Assembly (NCBI GenBank): GCA_051251915.1
Contig: JBPOGF010000008.1
Location: 64,001 to 128,000, forward strand
DNA from: Akkermansiaceae bacterium
Lineage (GTDB): Bacteria > Verrucomicrobiota > Verrucomicrobiia > Verrucomicrobiales > Akkermansiaceae
DNA length: 64,000 nucleotides
Reading direction: 5' to 3'
Shown: piece by piece, positions 20,193 to 29,937 of the stretch
Layout of the letters: each line of letters begins with the position of its first letter
Numbering within the stretch: position 1 is the first letter of the stretch
Made by a program: the position numbers and the translations under genes
Notes under the pieces: model-generated
What the model was told of the DNA's origin: nothing
The model's input: the letters and a program-made list of their open reading frames with translations, nothing else
Databases searched by the model: none

Positions 20193-21428
20193 CTACAAAT
20201 CCTCAGGCTTGCTCAACAACTCAGCAACCCTATTCAACAGCCTCCCTGCATCACCACCATCAATCACCCTATGATCAAAAGTCAACGCAAGCTCAGCCTC
20301 AGTCACAGGAATGAAAGCATTCACCTGATCCGACCAAACCGGCTTCTTCACCCCAGCACTGATGCCAAGAATAAGAGTCTCATTAGGCAAGGGAATCGGC
20401 GTCCCCCAAGTAAGCCCAAAGGTTCCAAAATTCGTCACAGTAGCGATCCCCCCCTTAGTAGCAGCCTCAGGAAGCCTACGTGCCCTAGACTGATCTACAA
20501 GCTCCGCATATTCTGCACTAAGCGCACTAACAGATTTAGTATCCACCTGACGGATCACCGGAACCATTACCCCATCCTCAACCTGAACTGCACAACCAAT
20601 GTCAAAACTTCTAGGATGAACAATCTTCTCCCCAATCAGGAAACCCGCAGCCGATGGAAATTCCGCCAACGCCAGAGCAAATGCCCTCAACACATATAGC
20701 GTAAGACCAGGCTTAGGATTCTGCGCTCGACGGTGATCTAACAACTTATCCATGATCACCGGATGCCCAACAGTTGCAAGCGGACGAGTCCAAGACCTCC
20801 GCATAGCATCAGCCACCGCAAGCCGCATCGGCGATGCCGGTGAAGCAGGCCACTCACTAATATACTCCAAAAATCCTTCCAAATCCTCCACCGTCACACG
20901 GCCCCCACCACCACTTCCAGCAATCGCAGAAATATCAGCAGCACGAAGCCCAAGCTCATTCATCCTAGCCCGCATCCTCGGCGAAATATAATGCGCCCCA
21001 GATTTCCCAGCTGGCACAGGAAGCCCCTGAACCGTTGGTGAAACATTCTTAGGCTCAAAATAACCACCGTCCTCAGTCTTAAAATGCAAGTTCGCCTCGT
21101 CTTCCTCACCCTGCCTGTCCTGCTCCTCCACAGCATCACTAACCCCTTCTCGGACTGTAGAAACACCAGTGCGCTCTATCTCGTCCTCAGTCGCTTCAAC
21201 TGTCCCCAAGACACTGCCCACTGCATAGCTAGTCCCTTCCTCAGCAAGGATTTCCTTCACTACACCACCACATAGCGTAGTGATCCCCATGGTCGCCTTA
21301 TTGGTTTCCACTTCGATTATTTCCTGATCCACTTCCACCGTATCCCCTACGGCTACATTGAAACGGATAATAGTGGCCTCAGCGATGGATTCACCGAGCT
21401 GCGGCATGACGATTGGTATTCTTGGCAT
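20193..21428 (-). CDS. 2-oxoacid dehydrogenase E2 (dihydrolipoamide acyltransferase)
   Basis: Lipoyl domain MPQLGESIAEA...VETNKA, peripheral-binding GSGGGGRVT, catalytic DHRVIDG; start moved to ATG 21428. Confidence 0.9.
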   Translation of the reverse strand: MPRIPIVMPQLGESIAEATIIRFNVAVGDTVEVDQEIIEVETNKATMGITTLCGGVVKEILAEEGTSYAVGSVLGTVEATEDEIERTGVSTVREGVSDAVEEQDRQGEEDEANLHFKTEDGGYFEPKNVSPTVQGLPVPAGKSGAHYISPRMRARMNELGLRAADISAIAGSGGGGRVTVEDLEGFLEYISEWPASPASPMRLAVADAMRRSWTRPLATVGHPVIMDKLLDHRRAQNPKPGLTLYVLRAFALALAEFPSAAGFLIGEKIVHPRSFDIGCAVQVEDGVMVPVIRQVDTKSVSALSAEYAELVDQSRARRLPEAATKGGIATVTNFGTFGLTWGTPIPLPNETLILGISAGVKKPVWSDQVNAFIPVTEAELALTFDHRVIDGGDAGRLLNRVAELLSKPEDL

Positions 21429-21457
21429 GATTCTGTGAAGTGATTTTTTAGTAAATT

Positions 21458-22423
21458 TTAATAAGCCAGCAACTCCTTGAGCGCATGGCGGATAGATTCT
21501 GGTGTCGGTCGATGAGCCGCCCACAATTTAGGGTGATACGGAATGGGTGTGTCTTTCGCGTTCAAGCGCATAGGCGGAGCATCTAACAAATGAAAAGCTT
21601 CCTTCACCACACGCGCCACGATTTCTGCAGTAACACCACCCCAAGGAAAAGCTTCACCTACAGCCAATAACCTCCCAGTTCGAGCAACCGAAGCTATCAC
21701 TGTGTCCGTATCTAACGGCTTAACCGAACGCAGATCCACCACCTCTATTTCCCAGCCTTCAGCCTGTAACATCTCAGCAGCACGCACAGCTTCATGCACC
21801 ATCGCACTATAAGCCACAACAGTAGCATGCTTCCCAGCTCGAGTAATCCTAGCTTTTCCGATCGGAAGTCCGTCGCCATCATAGTTCTCACTCTTCAGCC
21901 AACGATAAAGAAATTTATGCTCACAATAAATCACCGGATCATCCATCGCTATCCCCTCTAACAACATATGATACGCATCCGAAACAGTCGCCGGCGTCAA
22001 CACGATACATCCCGGATAATGACTATAAATCGTCTCAATACTCTGACTATGAAATGGCCCAGAACCCGGAGTCCCCCCAGAAGGCATCCGAATAGTAAGC
22101 GGAATTGGCACCCCAGTCCTATAAAAATGTGTCGCCGCATTATTAACGATCTGATTAAACCCAACCGACGAGAAATCAGCAAACTGCATCTCCACTACCG
22201 GCCGCATCCCCTCAATAGCAGCTCCAATAGCCATCCCCACCATCGCATCCTCACTAATCGGTGAATCCATCACACGATCCGGCCACATTTCTTGAAGCCC
22301 TTTAGTGGCCTTAAACGCCCCCCCAAACTTCCCAATATCCTGTCCATACAGGAACACTCTTTCATCGGTTTCGAGCGCCTTATACTGGGCGTCTCTGATG
22401 GCATCTATGTAGGTAACTGACAT
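21458..22423 (-). CDS. 2-oxoacid dehydrogenase E1 beta subunit
   Basis: GQDIGKFGGAF, DSPISE, EMQFADF, HSQS, VDLRSVKPLD. Confidence 0.93.
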   Translation of the reverse strand: MSVTYIDAIRDAQYKALETDERVFLYGQDIGKFGGAFKATKGLQEMWPDRVMDSPISEDAMVGMAIGAAIEGMRPVVEMQFADFSSVGFNQIVNNAATHFYRTGVPIPLTIRMPSGGTPGSGPFHSQSIETIYSHYPGCIVLTPATVSDAYHMLLEGIAMDDPVIYCEHKFLYRWLKSENYDGDGLPIGKARITRAGKHATVVAYSAMVHEAVRAAEMLQAEGWEIEVVDLRSVKPLDTDTVIASVARTGRLLAVGEAFPWGGVTAEIVARVVKEAFHLLDAPPMRLNAKDTPIPYHPKLWAAHRPTPESIRHALKELLAY

Positions 22424-22476
22424 ATAAAATTTTCTCTAACCTTAGTTCTTAACTCATTATTCTTACTAGAAACTGA

Positions 22477-23490
22477 TCACCAATCCCTAAAGCTCCCTCT
22501 CGACAGCGCACACCAGTCCTCTTTATACGGATCTGGCCCATCCTCTTTCTGGGCCGTAGTCACTGCCTGCTGAACTTCCAGCTTAGCCGCTTCCTCCCAT
22601 TCGCCTAGCTCTTCCTCTGTCAGCCAACCTTGTTCAATGAGTTGTTGCTTACCCACCTCCATACAGTCTCTTCCATAATGACTAGATCTAACGCCTTCTG
22701 GAATATAGGAACCGTCATCATGCTCACCATGCCCTCCTAAACGTAATAGTTTAGCTACCACCATCTGCGGACCTTCACCATTACGCGCTGAGTCCACTGC
22801 CTGGCCTATTACCGCCGCACAAGCCAACATATCTGTCCCGTCCACTGAATGCCCCGCTAGCCCGTATCCCTTCGCTCTATCTACTAAATCCTTACATGCA
22901 TATTGCTTGCTGTTCGGTGTGGAATAAGCAAATTGATTATCAGCCACTACCACCACAACAGGCAACCTCTCGACTGCTACATAATTCAAACCCTCATGAA
23001 ACGCCCCAGTAGAAGTCGCTCCATCACCAATGCACGTCGCACCCACACAGCCATCCAGCTTCCCTTGTATCTGCCGCGCCTTGAGCATCCCACCTAGCAC
23101 TGCTAGCGAAGTCCCTAAATGACTAATCATCGCCACCACCCCATCTTGAGGTCTTCCTCGGTGAATATTTCCATCGCGCGCCTTCATCGGCCCTTGTGCT
23201 GATCCTAAATACGTTCGAGTAGCATCCAGCATATCTTCGCCAAATGCCGTCCTACCAGCCTGGTCACGTATCAATGGAGCAAATAAATCTTTCCCCGGCA
23301 CTAACCTAGCACCCACAGAAGCACTCACAGCCTCCTGCCCTCGCCCTAAATAAACTCCCCCCACAATTTGGCCCGCCTTATAGAGAGAACTAAACTTCGC
23401 CTCTAGCAATCTGGCCCTGACCATGGCCTTATAGACTTTGCGTGCATGTTCTTTTGTTAGATCCATAGTTTGTGTCTTTGTCTCGCTCAT
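22477..23490 (-). CDS. 2-oxoacid dehydrogenase E1 alpha subunit
   Basis: GQEAV, TPP motif GDGATSTGAFHEGLN...DNQFAYS, GHGEHDD. Confidence 0.92.
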   Translation of the reverse strand: MSETKTQTMDLTKEHARKVYKAMVRARLLEAKFSSLYKAGQIVGGVYLGRGQEAVSASVGARLVPGKDLFAPLIRDQAGRTAFGEDMLDATRTYLGSAQGPMKARDGNIHRGRPQDGVVAMISHLGTSLAVLGGMLKARQIQGKLDGCVGATCIGDGATSTGAFHEGLNYVAVERLPVVVVVADNQFAYSTPNSKQYACKDLVDRAKGYGLAGHSVDGTDMLACAAVIGQAVDSARNGEGPQMVVAKLLRLGGHGEHDDGSYIPEGVRSSHYGRDCMEVGKQQLIEQGWLTEEELGEWEEAAKLEVQQAVTTAQKEDGPDPYKEDWCALSRGSFRDW

Positions 23491-23695
23491 TCTTAGCCCT
23501 CGGTTATCGAAAAACCAAGCTAGGAATAACGCTGACGAAACACTACTACTTTATTTTAGGCTACCGCAAACATTTTCCGCCACTATTAAAAATCGATTCA
23601 TACAAATAATATTTAGGAACAATTTATTATTGCATAGTGAACTCATTGTGAAGCATAACTCTTCCCACTTATTAAACTAAGTTCCCACATTCTTC

Positions 23696-24610
23696 ATGAA
23701 AGCAACACTTCTAGTACTAGCAGCAGGCATGGGTAGCCGATACGGCGGACTCAAACAAATGGACCCAATGGGTCCCAATGGCGAAAGCGTCCTAGATTAC
23801 TCCGTCTATGATGCCATCCGTGCAGGGTTCACCCGCGTGGTCTTTATTATTCGTAAGGACTTTGCAGATGACTTCAAGGCCCGCATGGACGGAAAATTTG
23901 CTGGCAAAATAGAGGTCGACTACTGCTACCAAGAACTCAACGACCTCCCTGAAGGCTACAAGCTCCCCGAGGGCAGAACCAAGCCATGGGGAACCACACA
24001 CGCTATTCTAGCTGCTAGAAATGTTATCGACTCACACTTCGCCGTAATCAATGCAGATGACTTCTACGGCAAAGATTCTTTCCAAAAAATCACGACCTAC
24101 TTCACCCAGTCTATCGCTAAGTCAGAGGAAAAAGCCCACTACTGCATGGTTGGCTACAAGCTTAGCAACACACTCTCAGATCACGGTGACGTAAACCGAG
24201 GAATCTGTAAGGACACCAATGGTTTCCTCGACACCGTAGAAGAACACACCGAAATACTTATCGAGAATGACGGAGTCTGCCGTGGAGAAAACCTCGCCGG
24301 TAAAAGGGTTGAAATTTCACCCTCCGCTATAGCTTCCATGAACTTCTGGGGATTCCCGGTTTCCCTAATGGAGCACCTTCAGAACCATTTCACCGAGTTC
24401 CTTAAACTTCGAGGTTCAGAAATGAAATCAGAGTGCTACCTCCCCACCGTAATCGATGAACTCATCACGGCAGAAAAAGCTGACTGTAACATTCTAAAAA
24501 CCTCCAGCTCCTGGTTCGGAGTCACCTACCCACAGGACAAAGACGCCTGCGTAGCTAGCATCAAAAAGCTTGTAGAAGCAGGAGAATATCCGGCTAGTCT
24601 TTGGGACTAA
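23696..24610 (+). CDS. sugar-phosphate nucleotidyltransferase family protein
   Basis: LAAGMGSRYGGLKQ, KPWGTTHA, INADDFYG. Confidence 0.88.
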   Translation: MKATLLVLAAGMGSRYGGLKQMDPMGPNGESVLDYSVYDAIRAGFTRVVFIIRKDFADDFKARMDGKFAGKIEVDYCYQELNDLPEGYKLPEGRTKPWGTTHAILAARNVIDSHFAVINADDFYGKDSFQKITTYFTQSIAKSEEKAHYCMVGYKLSNTLSDHGDVNRGICKDTNGFLDTVEEHTEILIENDGVCRGENLAGKRVEISPSAIASMNFWGFPVSLMEHLQNHFTEFLKLRGSEMKSECYLPTVIDELITAEKADCNILKTSSSWFGVTYPQDKDACVASIKKLVEAGEYPASLWD

Positions 24611-24645
24611 CCAGATTCTAATCCAGCTCTATTCAATGATTAAAT

Positions 24646-24978
24646 TTAGCCAGCGTTCACCCATAGAGCGCCCTGCTCCTCTTTCACCTCATACACCTTC
24701 AAGCTATACTGCTCATCCGTGAAGCATTGGCCACTGTCTAATGAGTAGCGATACTTATGCAATGGACAGATGACTATAGGAACTCCGTCCTGATCACCTA
24801 AGATCCCTCTGGAGAGCACCATGCGCTCATTCTGAGGATTAAAATTCTGCACAGCATACCATTTCTTCTCAGTAGGTAGATTGAAAACGGCAACTTGAGT
24901 ATCATTCACCTTCACGCAGCTACCAAAGTTCGCGGGAAATTCTGCTACTGAGCCAATTTGGGTCCAATTTGTGTTCAT
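24646..24978 (-). CDS. nirD: nitrite reductase small subunit
   Basis: Rieske-like; QVAVF, VLSRGILGD, CPLHK; directly downstream of nirB. Confidence 0.92.
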   Translation of the reverse strand: MNTNWTQIGSVAEFPANFGSCVKVNDTQVAVFNLPTEKKWYAVQNFNPQNERMVLSRGILGDQDGVPIVICPLHKYRYSLDSGQCFTDEQYSLKVYEVKEEQGALWVNAG

Positions 24979-24991
24979 ATAGTTAGTTGGT

Positions 24992-27502
24992 TTATAGTCT
25001 ATTTGAAAAGTTTCTTTCGGAAAGTGTGGCTGGTCTTATCTGCTCACGCTCCTGAACAAACTGAACACTAGGATCAGATTCGTCACTATTACTGAAGTGG
25101 CGGAAGCGCTTAAGCTTCTCAGGGTCATTGATCGCATTCTTCCACTCACATTCATATGTATTGATAAGGTGCTGCATTTGCTGATCTAACTCGTCGCAGA
25201 TCCCTAGTGAGTCATTGATCACAACCTCTTTTAATTTCTCAAGTCCTCCTTCAAGTTTGGTCAACCAAGTGGATGTTCTTTCCAACTTATCCGCAGTCTT
25301 GATATAATACATGAGAAATCTATCAGTATATTTGATCACTGTTTCGCGATCAATATCGGTAGCAAATAGATCCGCATGCCTTGGAGTAATCCCCCCATTA
25401 CCACCCACATAAAGATTCCACCCTTTCTCTGTAGCAATGATACCAAAATCCTTACTTCTAGCCTCTGCACACTCTCGAACACAGCCACTCACACCAGCTT
25501 TAAATTTATGTGGTGACCTAATACCGCGGTAACGCTTCTCCATATCGATCGCTAGCGTAGTGCTGTCCTGTACGCCAAATCTGCACCATGCAGAACCCAC
25601 ACATGACTTCACCGTTCTAAGTGCTTTTCCGTAGCCATGACCTGATTCAAATCCAGCATCAATGAGCTCAGCCCAAATAAGTGGTAGCTCATGCACCCGT
25701 GCACCTAAAAGATCAATCCTCTGGCCTCCAGTGATTTTTGTGTAGAGCTTATACTTCTTAGCCACCGCCCCTAGAGCGATCAGCTTGTCAGGCGTGATCT
25801 CTCCACCAGGTATTCTAGGAATTACTGAATAAGTGCCATCTTGCTGGATATTAGCTAAAAAAGCGTCATTCGTATCCTGCAGTGGCTGATGATCCAGAAT
25901 AGGGTTATTCCAGAGAGATGCAAAAATTGAAGCCGCAGCAGGCTTACACACCTCACAACCAAGCCCAGATCCATGCTTACTAATCAGATCATCAAAACTC
26001 CTAATCGATGAGACCTTCACCACATCATACATCTCTGCCCGAGAAAGATCAAAGTGCTCGCATAGTCGGTTGCTCACCACAATACCAGATTCCTTCATCT
26101 TCGCCTTAAAAAGATCCGTCATGAGCGGCACACAACCTCCACAACCAGTCCCAGCCTTCGTGCAAGCCTTGAGCTCACCTACTGATGTTGCACCATCTTC
26201 TATTGCACAACAGAGCGCCCCCTTCGTGACTGCCTCACAGGAACAAATCTGCGCTGCATCTGGCAGATCCATCACTCCTATTCCAGCTTGCTCTCCACCG
26301 CCAGCAGGTGAAATCAGCTGGATAGGCTCAGGCGGTAGCGCCATCTGGTTCTGGTAGATTTGTAGCAAACCACCATAAGCATCCGCATCGCCAACTAAAA
26401 TCCCGCCAAGCAGAAGTTTACCATCTCCAGAGACCACCAGCTTCTTATAAATTCTTGTATGAGCATCATGGATTACAATTTCCCTAGCTCCATCTTTCGC
26501 CTCTATCTCACCAAAGCTAGCCACATCCGTGCCAATCAACTTCAGCTTAGTAGACATATCCGCCCCATCAAAACTATCCTCAGTCTCAGTAAGCAAATTA
26601 GCAACCGCATCAGCCATCTGATACCCCGGTGCCACCAACCCATAGATCATATTTTCATACAACGCACACTCCCCGATAGCGAAAATCTCAGGATCAGAAG
26701 TCAGCAGAAAACTATCCACCTTTATCCCCCCTCTCTCTCCCACTTCGATCCCCGCTTCTCGCGCAAGTTCATCACGCGGACGGATACCAGCAGAAACAAT
26801 GATCATATCAACAGCCAACTCAGACTCATCCGCAAATACCATCTTAGACACAGATTCTTCACCCGCTATCTCCTTCGTATTCATATTCAGATGCACATCA
26901 ATCCCTCTTTCCTCAATGATCCCTTTAAGAAGAGCTCCACCTGCTGCATCTAGCTGCCTAGGCATGAGACGAGGAGCAAACTCCACAACATGAGTCTTCA
27001 ACCCCAAATCCTGCGCAGCCTTAGCGGCCTCAAGCCCCAGTAAACCTCCACCAATCACCGCACAGCTTTTAGACTCCTTTGCGTATGCTTTGATCTGGTC
27101 TAAATCTTCAATAGTTCGGTAAACAAACACCCCCTTTTTATCGATCCCTGGAACTGGAGGAACAAAAGGAGCAGAGCCTGTAGCCAAGACCAGCTTATCA
27201 TAGCTCACAGTCTTACCAGCAGACGAGATCACTTGCTTATTCACTCTATCTATCTGCACTACCTTCTCACCAATATAAAGCTCTATACCATTGTCTTCAT
27301 ACCAGTTAAGACTATTCATATACAAGTCTTCAGCAGACTTATCTGAGAAATATTCAGAGAGATGAACTCTATCATAGGCCGGGCGCGGTTCTTCACAAAA
27401 TGTAACCAGTTGGTATTTGCTCTTAGTATCTTTTTCTAGAAACCTCTCACAAAATTTATACCCCACCATTCCGTTCCCTACTACTATGATTTTTTGCTTC
27501 AT
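24992..27502 (-). CDS. nirB: NAD(P)H nitrite reductase large subunit
   Basis: VGNGMVG, GGGLLGLEAA, BFD CSC...GTGCGGC, KSCVGSAWCRFG, SGCVRECAE; start moved to ATG 27502 because the track start lies upstream of the promoter. Confidence 0.96.
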   Translation of the reverse strand: MKQKIIVVGNGMVGYKFCERFLEKDTKSKYQLVTFCEEPRPAYDRVHLSEYFSDKSAEDLYMNSLNWYEDNGIELYIGEKVVQIDRVNKQVISSAGKTVSYDKLVLATGSAPFVPPVPGIDKKGVFVYRTIEDLDQIKAYAKESKSCAVIGGGLLGLEAAKAAQDLGLKTHVVEFAPRLMPRQLDAAGGALLKGIIEERGIDVHLNMNTKEIAGEESVSKMVFADESELAVDMIIVSAGIRPRDELAREAGIEVGERGGIKVDSFLLTSDPEIFAIGECALYENMIYGLVAPGYQMADAVANLLTETEDSFDGADMSTKLKLIGTDVASFGEIEAKDGAREIVIHDAHTRIYKKLVVSGDGKLLLGGILVGDADAYGGLLQIYQNQMALPPEPIQLISPAGGGEQAGIGVMDLPDAAQICSCEAVTKGALCCAIEDGATSVGELKACTKAGTGCGGCVPLMTDLFKAKMKESGIVVSNRLCEHFDLSRAEMYDVVKVSSIRSFDDLISKHGSGLGCEVCKPAAASIFASLWNNPILDHQPLQDTNDAFLANIQQDGTYSVIPRIPGGEITPDKLIALGAVAKKYKLYTKITGGQRIDLLGARVHELPLIWAELIDAGFESGHGYGKALRTVKSCVGSAWCRFGVQDSTTLAIDMEKRYRGIRSPHKFKAGVSGCVRECAEARSKDFGIIATEKGWNLYVGGNGGITPRHADLFATDIDRETVIKYTDRFLMYYIKTADKLERTSTWLTKLEGGLEKLKEVVINDSLGICDELDQQMQHLINTYECEWKNAINDPEKLKRFRHFSNSDESDPSVQFVQEREQIRPATLSERNFSNRL

Positions 27503-27514
27503 AGAGTAGTTATA

Positions 27515-27530
27515 AGCAGTAGCCATACCA
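27515..27530 (-). promoter_or_regulatory. sigma54 -24/-12 promoter of nirBD
   Basis: TGG-TATGGCTACT-GCT; 13 nt from the -12 C to the ATG. Confidence 0.7.
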
Positions 27531-27540
27531 TCACACATTA

Positions 27541-27569
27541 ATCCCGCTCATGAAATAAATGAGCGGGAT
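27541..27569 (-). terminator. 11-bp perfect hairpin after the porin gene, overlapping the LysR boxes of PnirB
   Basis: ATCCCGCTCAT-gaaataa-ATGAGCGGGAT; weak U tail. Confidence 0.5.
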
Positions 27570-27579
27570 CAAATGAAAA

Positions 27580-28821
27580 CTAAAAGCTATAGTCTAGCTG
27601 TAGAGAAAATTGACTTATATCGTTCTGAAATACACTGTCATCATCCCCCATAAAGTAGGCAAATTTACCAATGATCTTAGTATTCTCATTGATCGGCTTT
27701 ACAGCTACGAGGTCAGCTTCCCACCCGTAACTACTAGAAAGAGAATCATCACGGAAATGGTGCAACGAACCTTTAAGCACTATATCATCAGCAACCTTCG
27801 TGACCGCTTTAAGATAAATATCATTCAAACCGTCCCAAGAATCAGCCAAACCGAGCCGATTTCCAATAAACGCATCGGCGAAACCATTATAAGCATGAAC
27901 CGTTGCCAAAGGAGTTACAAAACCATCTCCTAAATGCTCCACACCAGCAGTGAATGAAACACTACCAACTTTCTTTATGAAAGAAGCAGCTCCATACAGG
28001 GCATCATAGTCCGCCTTGCTCCCAGCCTCAGTTTGATAAGCAAATTCCAAATGATACATCCCTGAAGACTTCTTTAGATCCGTATACACACCATAAGTAT
28101 TGTTACTCGCATTGACCGGAAAACCTGCCCCTTGATCAGAAAAATCCATCAAATAAGCGTATCCTCCAAACTTATCGTCCCCTTTCGCTAGTGATGCATT
28201 TAACAAATGAACATCCCCTTCTAGCGCTTGCACGGCCCCAGATCCATCCACCCCGAAAATACGGTTTACTTGATTAGCGTAAGCGTAAAACACATTAAAA
28301 TCTGATTGCTTGTAGTTGAGTGAAACAGCATCATAAGTCTGCTCATTTTGTCGCCAGCCCACATTACCAATGAACGCTGCACTATCTAGAATGATCCGTT
28401 GCCGTCCCACCTTACCTGTAAAATTATCATTTGAATATTTGAGGAAGACTTGATTAATCTCATTTGTCTCAGGATCTGAAATAACCGTATTATTCGCCTC
28501 AAACGGAGTGAAATTTGCACTCTGAGGAGTCCCCACCTGATAATCATCAACCAGAGCCAAAGTATTCTCAGACTCTACATAAAAACTAAGCGCCTCATCA
28601 GGAAAAAGCTCAAAACCAGGTCTCAACCTTAAAGTAACCGCGTGTGACGCGTCAAATCCTTGCTCATTCCTAGCCTCATAACGAAGACGAGCATTAGCAA
28701 AAAACTTAATAAAATCTGGGCCTTTTTCCGGTGTGACACTGATCGCTTCATGCTCGCCTGCTTGAGCTGAATGAATCAAAATACCTGAATACACTACTGT
28801 TGCTGCTATTTTCTTTAACAT
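27580..28821 (-). CDS. outer-membrane beta-barrel (alginate-export-like porin), probable nitrate/nitrite channel
   Basis: Signal peptide; GRQRIILD, FIGNVGWRQNEQTYD, TPLATVHAYNG, terminal YSF; located inside the nitrate island. Confidence 0.8.
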   Translation of the reverse strand: MLKKIAATVVYSGILIHSAQAGEHEAISVTPEKGPDFIKFFANARLRYEARNEQGFDASHAVTLRLRPGFELFPDEALSFYVESENTLALVDDYQVGTPQSANFTPFEANNTVISDPETNEINQVFLKYSNDNFTGKVGRQRIILDSAAFIGNVGWRQNEQTYDAVSLNYKQSDFNVFYAYANQVNRIFGVDGSGAVQALEGDVHLLNASLAKGDDKFGGYAYLMDFSDQGAGFPVNASNNTYGVYTDLKKSSGMYHLEFAYQTEAGSKADYDALYGAASFIKKVGSVSFTAGVEHLGDGFVTPLATVHAYNGFADAFIGNRLGLADSWDGLNDIYLKAVTKVADDIVLKGSLHHFRDDSLSSSYGWEADLVAVKPINENTKIIGKFAYFMGDDDSVFQNDISQFSLQLDYSF

Positions 28822-28836
28822 AGTGATTTACGTTAC

Positions 28837-28852
28837 AGCAAGTTTTAGACCT
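28837..28852 (-). promoter_or_regulatory. sigma54 promoter of the porin gene
   Basis: AGG-TCTAAAACTT-GCT; 16 nt to the ATG; box ATGAATTGGATTAAT 29 bp upstream (28881-28895). Confidence 0.65.
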
Positions 28853-28898
28853 AGATCAAAACAACCCCCTCATCTAATTAATTAATCCAATTCATGTA

Positions 28899-29807
28899 TC
28901 ACACAAGACACCTTTCTAGATTCTCTGTAAATATCGTCAAAAAGTTTTCCTCCACTAAGGAAAGTGACTTAGACTTACTAATGTAGTATCCCCACTCTCT
29001 AACAGGAGCAGGAGAAATCTCATGTTTCACCAGATTACCTTTTTCTAATTCACGCTTAGCAATCCATTCTGAGATAATTCCGACTCCAATATTGAGAGCC
29101 ACCATCTCTTTAATAGACTCCATATTCCCCATCGCTAAAGTAGCTCGTTGCTTAATGCCTATACCTGATAAGTGTGAGGTCAGGATATGATTGGTTACAG
29201 TGTCATTCCCATAAGTGATGAACCTCTCTTTAGCATATTCCTCAGAACGCTCCGGTACTCTCTTACACCATGGGTGCTCAGGAGCAGTGATAAAGCACAG
29301 CTTGTCTTCACCTAACTTTACGAATGGGTGAATTGCTGAATGAAACCTAGAATACAGACCAAATGCAAAATCCAGTTCACCGCTCTCTAGTTTCTTGATC
29401 AAGTCAGCAGTATCCCCAATTGTTATAAAGACCTCGCATCGGCTTTCTTTCTCATAAAATTTAGATAATGTCCCAGGCATCACATACTGACACAAAGTAC
29501 TACTCACCCCGATCCTCAAAGAACTATACCCCCAATCATTCAACGTGGTTATCTTAGAAGTGGCACTCTCTAACTGGAGCAATGCTTTCTTAGCATGAAA
29601 AAGAAAAACCTCACCATGAGGAGTCAGAATGCATTTCTTACCCAAGCGCTCTATTAGTTGGCATCCTAGTAATCCTTCTAAAGACTTTAATGAATGACTC
29701 ACTGCTGATTGAGTGATATTGAGAAGGTTAGCGGCAGCGGTAAACGATCGCGTTTCTTCTAAAGAGATAAAAACTCTTAACTGGCGTATTTCAGGAAGCT
29801 GTATCAT
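28899..29807 (-). CDS. LysR-family regulator of the nitrate island
   Basis: RQLRVF...SFTAAANLLNITQSAVSHSLKSLE; probable start ATG 29807. Confidence 0.93.
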   Translation of the reverse strand: MIQLPEIRQLRVFISLEETRSFTAAANLLNITQSAVSHSLKSLEGLLGCQLIERLGKKCILTPHGEVFLFHAKKALLQLESATSKITTLNDWGYSSLRIGVSSTLCQYVMPGTLSKFYEKESRCEVFITIGDTADLIKKLESGELDFAFGLYSRFHSAIHPFVKLGEDKLCFITAPEHPWCKRVPERSEEYAKERFITYGNDTVTNHILTSHLSGIGIKQRATLAMGNMESIKEMVALNIGVGIISEWIAKRELEKGNLVKHEISPAPVREWGYYISKSKSLSLVEENFLTIFTENLERCLV

Positions 29808-29821
29808 ATGAATTCTCACTC

Positions 29822-29838
29822 AGCAGTAAGCGCACCAA
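29822..29838 (-). promoter_or_regulatory. sigma54 promoter of lysR
   Basis: TTGG-TGCGCTTACT-GCT; 15 nt to the ATG. Confidence 0.65.
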
Positions 29839-29859
29839 CTTCGCCAAGAAAACCAATAA

Positions 29860-29874
29860 ATGAAATCCATTCAT
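29860..29874. promoter_or_regulatory. LysR-type palindromic operator
   Basis: ATGAA-ATCCA-TTCAT between the divergent lysR and narK promoters. Confidence 0.7.
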
Positions 29875-29910
29875 CGAAACCAGTTGACCCAAGAATACTT
29901 ATAACTGAAA

Positions 29911-29927
29911 TTGGCACGCTCATTGCT
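29911..29927 (+). promoter_or_regulatory. sigma54 promoter of narK
   Basis: TTGGCACGCTCATTGCT, a near-perfect match to TGGCAC-N5-TTGCW. Confidence 0.85.
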
Positions 29928-29937
29928 AATCATCTTT

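Noticed and set aside
29911..29937. ORF-track TTG start of narK (likewise 27538 for nirB, 29819 for lysR, 43720 for nrtA)
   Set aside because: These starts lie within or upstream of the sigma54 element, or before the predicted +1
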